NCBI GenBank assembly: GCA_034780895.1
Contig: JAUZTB010000017.1
Coordinates: forward strand, 16,802,197 to 16,866,196
Length of the DNA: 64,000 nucleotides
Reading direction: 5' to 3'
Origin: Rhynchobatus australiae
Taxonomy: Eukaryota
In this document: positions 50,496 through 60,750 of the stretch, piece by piece
Position numbering within the stretch: position 1 is the stretch's first letter
Layout of the letters: each line of letters starts with the position of its first letter
Notes under the pieces: generated by a model
Told to the model about the DNA's origin: nothing
What the model saw: the letters and a program-made list of their open reading frames with translations, nothing else
Database searches by the model: none
Translations under genes and position numbers: made by a program

Positions 50496-51100
50496 AACAT
50501 ACATTGGTTGTGAGTTTATACTTAAACACACCATGATTAAATATGCAGAAGATCCAAAATGGTTGACCTACCCCCTTAACTTAAGTGGCCCAGTGTTTTG
50601 ATGACAAAGTGAACGTTTATTAGAAGTTTTACAATGCATGCTCAGTGTTTTCACGGACACTCAGTTCCTTATACACACACCACCATGCTCAGTAAACTAG
50701 AGGCTTTCAAGCTTAGGGTACAAATGTATCAACTGATAGACTGGCTTGCACAGCTGTGGGGTCCATTTTTGTTGGTCTACAGAGGCCAATTGAAAGCCCA
50801 TATGACAAAAAAGTTATTATGCAACTTCTCTTTAACATAAATCTCTCTCTGGCAAGAGTTCAAGCTTTGCTTAAATGGGAATTTATTGTCACAACTTAAA
50901 CACTGCTTTGTTGAGCCCCAATTTCTTTTCAACATGCTATATTAAAACATTCTCATTTTCACTCCCATACCAAAATCCTGCAACAGTTATCGGAAAAGGT
51001 TTATGCAACTGGCTACTTTTCCAAGCTTTCATTTTATTGTTGTCACATCTGCTTCTAAAATGGGGCACAGTTGATGAATGGCAGCAGGAACAAAAGGATT

Positions 51101-51253
51101 AACAGAAAATTCTGGAATCGCTCAGCAGGGAAGGCAGTAGTTGTGGAGTGAGAAACATTGCTAACACTTCAGGTCATTCTGATGGGAGGTCATCTCTGTA
51201 AAGTTGCTGCCTTACCTGCTGAGTACTTCCAGCATTTTCTGTTCAGACTTCCA
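51101..51253. mobile_element. Palindromic mini-element built from two inverted Penelope termini
   Basis: 51101-51139 versus reverse complement of 51205-51243: 33/39 identical. Arms match the Penelope terminal sequence. Confidence 0.8.
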
Positions 51254-51292
51254 ACCTTTTGCTAAAAAATAACACTTAATCACTTGACTAAT

Positions 51293-51510
51293 CTATCCTT
51301 CCTATAATAGGGTGACCAGAATTGAATGCAATACTTCAGATGCAGCCTAACCAGAGTTTTATAAAGCTGCAACATAACTTCCTGACCCTTCAACTCAATG
51401 CATCGACTAATAAAGACAAGCTTCCCATATGCACCCATTACCACCCTATCAACCTGTGCAACCACTTTCAGGGAGCTATGGACTTGGACCCTAAGATCCC
51501 TTTGTACGTT
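51293..51510 (-). mobile_element. Inverted CR1 segment (5' inversion of the adjacent CR1)
   Basis: ORF 51280-51465 'VAQVDRVVMGAYGKLVFISRCIELKGQEVMLQLYKTLVRLHLKYCIQFWSPYYRKD'. Confidence 0.9.
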
Positions 51511-52412
51511 GTCAGGAAGTTACTTTGCAGCTTTATGAAACTCTGGTTAGGCCGTATCTGGAGTATTGCATTCAATTCTGGTCACCCCATTATAAGAAGG
51601 ATGTGGAGGCTTTGGAGAAGGTGCAGAAGAGGTTTACGTGGATGCTGCCTGGAGGAGAGGGCATGTGCTATAAGAAGAGGTTGGACAAGCTTGGGCTGTT
51701 TTCTTTGGAGCGGCGGAGGCCGAGGGGTGGCCTGATTGAAGTTTATAGCATAGATAGACAGCCAGTACCTTTTCCCAGAATTGAAATGTCTAATACTTGA
51801 GGGCATGCAGTTAAGGTGAGGGGGTAAGTTCAAAGGAGATGTGTAGAGCAAGATTTTTTTTTACACAGAGTGGTGGTAGCCTGGAATGTGATGCCAGGGG
51901 TAGTTGTGGAGGCAAATACAATAGAGATGTTTAAGAGGCTCTTAGATAGGCATATGAATGTGCAGAGAATGGAGGGATATAGACATTGTGTANNNNNNNN
52001 NNNNNNNNNNNNNNNNNNNNNNNNNNNNNNNNNNNNNNNNNNNNNNNNNNNNNNNNNNNNNNNNNNNNNNNNNNNNNNNNNNNNNNNNNNNNNNNNNNNN
52101 NNNNNNNNNNNNNNNNNNNNNNNNNNNNNNNNNNNNNNNNNNNNNNNNNNNNNNNNNNNNNNNNNNNNNNNNNNNNNNNNNNNNNNNNNNNNNNNNNNNN
52201 NNNNNNNNNNNNNNNNNNNNNNNNNNNNNNNNNNNNNNNNNNNNNNNNNNNNNNNNNNNNNNGCATATGAATGTGCAGAGAATGGAGGGATATAGACATT
52301 GTGTAGGCAGGAGGGAATAGTTTAGTTTGACATTTAATTACTAGTTTAATTAGTTCAGCACAACATTGTGGCCCAAAAGGCTTGTTCTTGTGCTCACTGT
52401 TCTTTGTTCTAT
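51511..52412 (+). mobile_element. CR1-type LINE 3' region (relatively young)
   Basis: 'QLYETLVRPYLEYCIQFWSPHYKKDVEALEKVQKRFTWMLPG' and 'VVAWNVMPGVVVEANTIEMFKRLLDRHMN'. Tail GTGCTCACTGTTCTTTGTTCTAT. Confidence 0.95.
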
Positions 52413-52699
52413 ATACATTATTAACAATGATTAAGACAAATAATGTGAAAATAAAATAAATTTAAGGTCAATAAATTGAACTGGAATGTGATTAAAGTGA
52501 TGTCCACTCTGCAACTTCCTAATGAGACATGAGGCAGAATTAGGATATATTGGTCTTGGTTTCATTCAGATAACATGGGCAAGCTGTGGGTGCTGGAGCA
52601 CTTCACTGGTGGCACGAATTGTGTGTCAAAATTGGGCATGGTAGTGCCCATTTCTTGTCAAAATAAAAGGAGAGAGACCTGGAAGCATGAGAGTTCTCA

Positions 52700-52870
52700 A
52701 GAGTCCTTTAGAGCTGAAGCAGGTTATAGAGATAGTGAGGTGATTCTATTGAGGAATTTGAAGCAGAAGGGATGAATCTTAAAATATGAGGCAGTATAAA
52801 ACCAGAACCAACATGCATCAGCAAATACAGGGATGATCGGTCGACAGAGTTCAAATGAGGGTATGGGCAG
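52700..52870 (-). mobile_element. L2-type LINE remnant
   Basis: GCTGAAGCAGGTTATAGAGATAG...GAGGAATTTGAA...GGATGAATCTTAAAAT..GAGGC...CAGCAAATACAGGG.TGAT resembles the recalled L2 reverse strand. Confidence 0.55.
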
Positions 52871-52914
52871 ATGATCAGCATTAATACAATCATCCAACAC
52901 ATAAAGTATAAAAG

Positions 52915-53760
52915 TAGAAATTGCTTGAAATACTCAGCAGGTCAGCAAGTATCTGTGCAGAAAGAAAGAAAGAGTGTTAACATTTTAAGTTGATATTCTT
53001 TCATCAAGGCAAAGTTAGAAGCTGAGCATGTTTGAAGTTGAGAGAAGAGGATGCAGTGGAGGGGAAAGAGGGAATGTCTGTAATAGGGTGGAGACCAACA
53101 GAAACTACATAACACAAGAATTAGTGTGCTGCTGAGAGGGGGCGATAATGGCTGGTTAATTGTAACTGTTCTATCTGGAGGAAGTGTAAATGGAAGGAGA
53201 TGAACAAGAACAGAGGATCAAAGAAAAAAAATGCTGGTGCTGTGAGCTTCAAACTATGAAATAAAAAGAAGTACGAATATCTATTAGATATTTGTGGAAA
53301 GAGTAAACTGAGCTAACATTACAGGCTGCTAACTTTGTATCAGAACTAGCTAGTTCTGCAACAGATTGGAAAGATTGGCGAGTTGTTAAGTTTATTTGTT
53401 GAGTTGTTGAGTTTAATCTGAAGGCTGTAACACGTCTGTCTGGAAGATGTTGTTTCTTGAGCCTATGTTGCGATTTGTGGGAACAGAATAAAAGGCCATA
53501 GATGAAGAGTGGAAGTGGGGTGCAGAATTCAAGTGACAGGCAACCAGAACTCCAGGGTCACCTTTGCAAACTGAATAGACATGCTCTGCAAAGTAATCAC
53601 CCAAATGACACTCGGTTTCTTCAGTGTAGGGGGAGACCACATCATGAGGACTAATGCAGTCCACTGAACTGGAAAAAGTACAAATGAACCTGGAAGAAGT
53701 GTTTGGGTCCCTGGACAATGGGAAAGGAAGCTATTATATCTCCTGTGCTTGCATGGGAAG
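52915..53760 (-). mobile_element. Penelope-like retroelement 3' part
   Basis: ORF 53413-53718 'RFICTFSSSVDCISPHDVVSPYTEETECHLGDYFAEHVYSVCKGDPGVLVACHLNS' (GIY-YIG/H-box region). Termini at 52915 and about 53255. Confidence 0.85.
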
Positions 53761-53829
53761 TTTCTGCCACTGAACGTTTCTGCCAAACATGTTGATGTTT
53801 CTGCCACTGAATACTGGAGTGGTTGGTTA

Positions 53830-55925
53830 CAGTCTATTGCTGGAGATGATTCTTGTCAGGCACTTTTGTGGTAAAAATGCTACTTGCCACTTATTACCCC
53901 ATGCCTAAGTTGTCTAAGTCTTGCTGCAGGGATTGTTTCACTTGTTGAGAAGTTGTGAATAGAACGAAATGTCCATTGGAACTAAATTCCTGCAGCAATG
54001 TCCTGGGATGGCTGGGATGATTGACCTTCAACATCCATAATTAGCTGAATTTCTTACGACTCCAACTCTGAACTGTTTTCCCCTTGATTCCCAATTACAA
54101 CAGTTCTACCAGGTCAATTGCTGCCTTGATGTCAGGAGCAGGTTAATCTCACCTGATCTCAAAAATTATGTTCTTTGATCCAAGTTCTGATGAGGTTTGG
54201 AGCTAAATGGTCTTGGTGAATCTGAAATCGGTTAGCTGTGAGCAGGTTATCAATGAACAAGTGCCGCTTGAAAGCACTGTGGATGATACCTTTCATCTCT
54301 TTGCTGCTAACTGAGAGGAGACTGTTTGGGCAGTAATTTGCCAGTTTGGATTTGTCTTGCTTTTTGTGAGCAGAATAAGGTCCCTCAGTGTCAGATGGAT
54401 TAGTATTATAATAGTAATGGAACAGCTTGGCTAAAGGCACAACTAATTCTGAAGCACAGGTCTTCAAGTGCTATGGCTGGGACTTTGGCTTGTCTTATAG
54501 CTTTTGGTATATACAATATGCATGCACGGTAGTGTAGCGGTTAGCATAAGCTATTACAGCACCAGCGACCCAGGTTCAATTCTGGCCACTATCTGTATGA
54601 AGTTTGTACTTTCTTCCAGTGACTGCATTGGTTTCCTCCAGGTGCTCCATTTTCCTCCCACATTCCAAAGACGTACGGGTTAGGAAGTTGTGGGCATGCT
54701 ATGTTGGCACCAGAAGCGTGGCGACACNNNNNNNNNNNNNCCAGAACACTCTATGCAAAAAGGTGCATTTCACTGTGTGTTTCGATGTATATGTGACTAA
54801 TAAAGATATCTTATCCAGTGCTCTCAACCTGATTTCTCAACCTGATTTCACAAGAACTGAATGGAATTGTAATGATGATCTCAGGAGGATTACAAAATGT
54901 TGTGATTACTTGAGCTCATCTTTGGTACTCACATGCTGGGCCCCACCATATTCTCCTCCTCCTGTTAGCTTTCAAATGTCCACTAATAACAATTAATGTG
55001 ACAGAAATGCAGAGCTTTGATATGATTTGTTGGTTGTGGAATCACTTAGCTGTCTATTGCATGCTGTTTTTGCTGCTTAGTATGCATGTAGTCCTGAGCT
55101 GCAGCTGCACTACAGTTGTAGGATGGTATCTGATTCCTACGTACATCTGATGCTGTCCCAGTCTGCTTTTCAGCACTATTCATTGAACGAGTGTCGATTT
55201 TCCAGCTTGACTGTAACAGAAGAGAAGGGAATATGCTTGGCCATGATGTTACATATTGTGCCAGTGTACATTTCTGCTGCAGTTGTTGGTCTACAGTGCC
55301 TCCTGGATGCTCTGTTTGGAGCTGCCATTTCTGTACTGAATCCATTCCTTTCAGTACAACTGTAATGCCACAGCATGACGAAGAGCAATCACAGTGTGAA
55401 AAATGAATTTTGTATCCAAAAGGACAGTTCAGTGGTCACTTCTATAGATTGGACAGATGCATCAGGCACAGGTAAATTGGAGTACCTTTATTTCCTGTGT
55501 TGGTTGGCTCATTACCTGCTGCACTTGTCCAGCTCTGTCAGTCATAGTACAACTAAATCGCTTTTGGCGATGGACATTCAAATTCCCAACCTAGAGTACA
55601 TTCTATGCTCTTCTGCATTTCAACACTTCTTCCAAGTGTTATTCAACATGGTGAAGCACTGATTCATCAGCTGAAGGAGCACAGTAGGAGGTAATCAAGA
55701 GGATCTTTCCTTGCCCATCTTTGACCTGGTGCCATGAGATAAAATGTGTCAATGTTCAGGACTCCAAGGGTTATTCCCTCTTGCCTGTAATGCCACCTCT
55801 GAAGTTCTGTCCCACCAGTGTAACATGACCTAACCAGGGGATGTGATAGAGTCTGGCATCTTGTCTGTGAATTTGGCTTTAGTTTGACTGACATATGGAA
55901 CAGCTCTTCCTAATTCAGTGCCACA
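53830..55925 (-). mobile_element. LINE family B (CR1/L2-group) ORF2 relic, interrupted by V-SINE
   Basis: ORF 54159-54467 'KTCASELVVPLAKLF...HKKQDKSKLANYCPNSLLS...' is RT domains 0-2 (NYRPISLLS). Reverse complement of 54110-54135 resembles DIKAA.D.V. The element continues past the SINE. Confidence 0.85.
54524..54815 (+). mobile_element. tRNA-derived V-domain SINE, near full length
   Basis: GCACGGTAGTGTAGCGGTTAGC (A-box), GGTTCAATTC (B-box), V domain GGTTTCCTCCAGGTGCTCC..TTTCCTCCCACATTCCAAAGAC, tail GTGACTAATAAAGATATCTTATC. Confidence 0.93.
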
Positions 55926-56632
55926 TTATGGGCAGTGTTCCTTTGGCTTGAAGAAGGGTCTTTGTCTCCATAAGGACATACATCTATTTTAGAATTCCCT
56001 ACACCACGTGATAAAATGTTGTCTGTTATCTGCAGCTTAAGTTACAAGCTTATGGCCCACTGCAATCTAACTATTTTCCACATCATTAGTAGATCCTTGG
56101 GGTGCAGGTCTTCACAGTAAGATTGCAAATTGCAACTCCCAAAACTGCAATAAAATCTGAATTGAATGCATTCTTTCAGCTGAAGTATTGGCCATGGTTA
56201 CAAAACTATTTGAGTGGACTTATTTTGTTATTTATTGATTGAATTTTGATTCAGAACAATCCATTTTACCTGAAAGGTAGGAGAATTTATAAGTGGTACA
56301 ATTTTTAAAACATTTACAAATAACTTCCTTATGTCACTTCCTTGTATGGAAGCAGTTCATCTTGGAATGTTCAGGTATCACATATATGCATACTAAACAT
56401 ACTGTAAATTCATTGCATTAATGTGCATACACATGCCACAGATATTGCTGCAGAAATGTTTATTTCAAATTGCCAGGAAAATTTAGCTAGGAGTAGTCAA
56501 TGTTAAATGCTCACACGTGTTTGTAATACACTGAAGATCCACTAGCACAAAAACATGCTAATATATGCTGAATGCAACCCCGTTGATGGATAATGAATGC
56601 CTATGAAGCCATTAAAATGACCCTTAAAGGAA

Positions 56633-57071
56633 AATGTTACTGTAGGGAGAAGTACTGTCAGAGTAAAGTACTACCCCCCTTTTTGTGCCCCAAAGCATTT
56701 GATTTTCAACAGACTTGCATCTTTGAAGAATAATCATTAGTTGAAGGGCTCCTCTGCAGAGCATGACAGTTCAAAATGTTGTGGAAGCAGGAGCTGAGAG
56801 ACCTTCAAAGAGTGTGTCCACTTGGCACCATTGATTGCAATATAGTTGGTATGTTTACATACTGACTGGAGCTGTCTTTTTTCTTTTTAAAGTAATCCCT
56901 GCCTAATTTTGCTGTGTTCTCAGCTAACTGCTTCCATGAAATGTCAGAAAACTGCAAGCCCTTCAACTAATGATTACTCTTCAAAGGTTTATAACTGCTC
57001 AATACAAATGCTGTGGGACACGTGCTGATTATTTTAGATCTTCAGTGTTTCCCTCTCCCTCCAGTAACATT
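56633..57071. repeat. ~440-bp imperfect palindrome (fold-back/MITE-like element)
   Basis: Four colinear inverted segments share a centre near 56853: 56633-56650/57054-57071 (17/18), 56684-56701/57005-57021, 56721-56750/56957-56986 (29/30) and 56781-56800/56917-56937. Confidence 0.85.
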
Positions 57072-58929
57072 CCCCTTCAATGATTACCATTTAAGGAAAA
57101 GAAAAACTGGGAAGTGGCCATTTCTAGGAAGATTTTCCATAGCTTAACTTCTGGGATGGGTATTGGAGGCTCTCTGGAACCAAAAGTTCAAGTGCTGAAT
57201 TGCACGCAACAGTTGGGTAAGTTATTGTTCTAACTAAAAGAGAACCGAAAAATTCATGCACTACTCTAAATAAATAGGGTTAACTATTTGCAGATATTGA
57301 ATCCACTCACTTTCAGCCTGTATTTAAATGCTTTTTATTTTTTCTATTATAATTAATTAGATATTCCAACATATTGCACATTAATGAAAATCCAGCTATG
57401 GAAATGGAATATACATATGTACCAGCTGTCAGTTAAAATAGACAGAATATATCATTAAAATACATACTGAAATGTGACAAGAATTAGATATACACTTCTA
57501 AATCAAGTAAATGTTGCATTACCAACATTAAAGTTGGTCTTCCACATTTTTTTTATACTTTAATTAATTTCTACTGGTAAATGAATAGCCTTGCTACTAA
57601 CTGGTGAGTTGGGAGTGGGATGGGCTGCTATGTGCAGAAACACTAGAGCCTGTGTTTTGGGGAATTTGATGCTATACACAACCCACCTTAATTATCTGGT
57701 TATGATTCACTTTGACCTGTATATAATGGCATCAGTGGGAGGGGTACCACAATTTGCCCACTCCTTTAAAATAGCAAGGAAATTGAACAGAAGTTAAATG
57801 CACATTTAGGGTAGAAGGAACATTGATGTTTGCATTAAATCAGACAGAGTTTAGAGACACACTGATCCTCAAATATAATATCATGACAGTTGATTCACCA
57901 GTCTTTCTTGACTGTACAAAGTCTATAAACAAATTACAGTAAAATCATAGAGAAGAATGGAGATCTTTGTAATAATGTTGTTGGAACACAAGTGCACCAC
58001 AGTATTTACTACTTTAAGCTTGAAGCCTGGATAAAACAAAAAAAAGCCACTTTACAGAAAGCATCATTTGAAAAAAAAATTGTATATGGGCCAATAACAT
58101 GGCCACTGGAGAAATGGAATGAGTCATTTGGTTAGATAACACAGTAATTTTGTTTATTTTCTTAACTGTCACAACTAGCAACATGGCAGAGAGCCTGAGT
58201 ACTATTGCAGAATGTTACAACTTGTAATTATCAATGCATTTCTACATCTGTTGACTAAAAGCAGCACAATTTCTTGGATTAAATAAAATTCCATGAAGAA
58301 TTTTGGTACAAATCCTAGTTTTAGTCTGAAGTTGGCCCTGTTAGCATATTGATCTGAAGTTTCTTCATCATCACTAGATCAAAGTCTTCAAATTCATCAC
58401 ATGGACTTCAAAGGTTCAAGGTAAACCACTTCTGACTTGCCAAACCATCCACAGCCCCAAAACTTCCAGAAAATGTGGCAGTGCCAGAAGAAACAAAGCG
58501 ATCATTCTGGCTCCAGACGAGTTAAGAGTTCACTGACTTTTCACCCTCACCCCTGATAAATGGCCACCCATTACTGTATCCAGGCCTCACCCAAGTCACA
58601 GGGAGAACCTGACACAATCCTGATTGCTATATCAGGATGCTGATTAGTAGGCAGTGAATGCCTGAATTAAGATGATCACATATAATAGCAAATTTATTTT
58701 CTTCCTTGGGCCTCTCTGTACCGGAACTCGGTTGCTTCATATCAGAGAATTAACATCTGGTTTGTAGAGCTATCAAGCTTGGTGTTAATGGAATAGATTA
58801 CCACTTTGGATTTAAATCATTGCACAAGTTTGGGCTTCGGGACCCTAAAATTATCTTATGATCATTTTTATTTTTGTTTATATAGTTAGAAGTTCCAGGT
58901 TGGTGGCAGCTATTCTTCATTTATCTTGT

Positions 58930-59105
58930 ATGTGTGGCAGCACTGACACATTTTTTATTGCTTGTCTACAACTACCTTGAGAAGACAGTGGGTCTCTCCA
59001 TGAACTGTGGCACTATAGTGATTTGATAGAAGTAAATAACCTGCTCAACCACTTTGGAGAGCAGTTAACAATGATATATTATGGCATTGGAGTCATATGG
59101 AATGG
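58930..59105 (-). mobile_element. Family-B SINE remnant
   Basis: TTTATTGC.TGTC...A.TACCTTGAGAAG...GAGAGCAGTTAA...TTGGAGTCATATG aligns weakly with 38490-38628. Confidence 0.5.
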
Positions 59106-59109
59106 ACAC

Positions 59110-59570
59110 AGATGTATTTATAAAAGCACTTTTTACATCCTGTTCAAGATGCAGCAAAGGCTTGACCAGCAATAAAGTGCTTCTGAAGCCTAATGACTAG
59201 AGGATGCAACACTTCAACATCTCCTTTAGGGACAATCAGGGATGGGCAATGAACAAATACCAGAATTGAGAGTAATACCCACATCTCTAAACAAAGAGCC
59301 ACTGCTGTAATGTAAACAGAACAGTCAATTTGAGCATAGCAAGTTCCCTCAATTACTGAATTATCCGTATTTGTAATGTCAATTGTAGGAGAAATATTGG
59401 CCTGGACACCTTTTAGTTGTAATTATGATCGGTACAGTGTGATTGTAGTAATCACTTTAGTGCCAATTCCAATTGTTGGAAGATAATAGTCTCTAAATCA
59501 GCACCATCTAATGTGTGAATGATCAACGACATTATTCTTGAACCAGAGATTGACCCAAATTTAACTGATT
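59110..59570 (-). mobile_element. Deu-SINE relic interrupted by a LINE-B tail
   Basis: TGTATTTATAAAAGCACTTTT...CACTGCTGTAATGTA...CAATTTG.GCATAGCAAG.TCCC...AAATATTGGCC.GGACACC is the reverse complement of the 15385-15640 family. Confidence 0.6.
59200..59297 (+). mobile_element. LINE family B / SINE B 3' tail
   Basis: AGGGACAATCAGGGATGGGCAATGAA...ACCCACATC is the reverse complement of the 38490 and 63000 termini. Confidence 0.6.
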
Positions 59571-60509
59571 GTGTATAGTATCTTGAGTTTGACTCGGTGA
59601 CACCACAATATGAAATGCTCCTGTGCAGTGTTCTACTTAGAACACTGTTTAGGTCAAGAGCCATGAATAATACTAAAGCATTATTATTTTTTCCAAAAGG
59701 GGAGGGTAATGAGAAGCCAGATCATTATTTGATTAGCAGTATACGTAACTGACTACTGAACTATTTTGGTTTGTAATGTCATACACCCTTGGATCCTGGT
59801 AGTGGTAATCATCTGGTTGGCAATCTCTGTAAATTCTATTAGATGGTTTGAATCATTTGGGACTATGACCAAACTGATCACAATGGAGGCACTCTACTGT
59901 TCATCCTTTGGAACATAATCTGCCCCCGAATTTTTTATTTTACAGAATTCAGCATCACTTTTTTTTGCAGAGGAGGCTGCAACACTGATTGGTATTGATG
60001 AACTATCAGTAGCAAAGGATGTGAAAGAATTTTCTTTGCCTGTGAAAACCTAGAGCCAACAGCAGTAGTCGAGCCTTCATCAGCCACATGACAAGTTGAA
60101 GAAGGCTATGTGTGCCCTCAGGACCCCAGAGCCTTCACTAATGCTTTTCGAATCAATTTGGAATGTATTCAACAACAGAGATCCATAGAGTGTCTTTGAC
60201 ATGTGTTTGATTTTCTAACTCACCTACCACTTTGCTTCTTTGATGAGCAAAAACTTAAAGACATGTGGCCAAAGTGGGTTTTTAAAATTTAGATCCATAG
60301 TTCTTCTACTCACAACAAAGCTGACTGTGCATTTTGTATAAACTGTGTAATTCTGGAAATTATGGGTTGTCAGTACACAATACAAACATATTGTGTGATG
60401 CGGTTAGGGGTGGGGCTTTAGTGAAAATCACTGGTATGGATTGTTTGAGAGACCGCAAATCTTAAAGCCAAGTGCGGTTATTAGAAAACAAGAAATGCAT
60501 TCCATGAGG

Positions 60510-60750
60510 AGGCAGGGGTCCTTAGATCATCAACAACTTGAATCATCCTTTTTATTCGAAGCTCTTTTAAGGCATCATTACCACCCAGCTTCGCAATTAC
60601 CTCTTCCACGATACCCATTCAAATAACTTCAGTCCCATTTATGTCTACCTACTGCAGTGAGGCAAGCCTGGCCAAAATCCATGACGTTCTGTGACAGCAA
60701 CAGTGGTGCACTATCCCTCTTTGTCTTCTATGACCTCTGTGACATTCAAT
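60510..60750 (+). mobile_element. L2-clade RT fragment
   Basis: Across a frameshift it reads 'SEASLAKIHDVL / CDSNSGALSLFVFYDL', resembling L2 RT 'STETAL.KV.NDIL...D.G..S.LVLLDLS'. Confidence 0.6.

Noticed and set aside
51525-51800. RT-related ORFs as functional genes (also 54159-54467, 62544-62762, 33303-33488)
   Set aside because: Short, frameshifted, 5'-truncated retroelement fragments with no intact ORF2.
54524-54595. tRNA-like A/B boxes (also at about 16250-16300 and 49420-49486)
   Set aside because: These are SINE heads, continuous with the V domain and tail. No complete cloverleaf, so not called tRNA genes.
56528-56539. 12-bp match ACACTGAAGATC to the reverse complement of 57037-57048
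   Set aside because: Off the symmetry centre of the large palindrome and out of order, so treated as coincidental.
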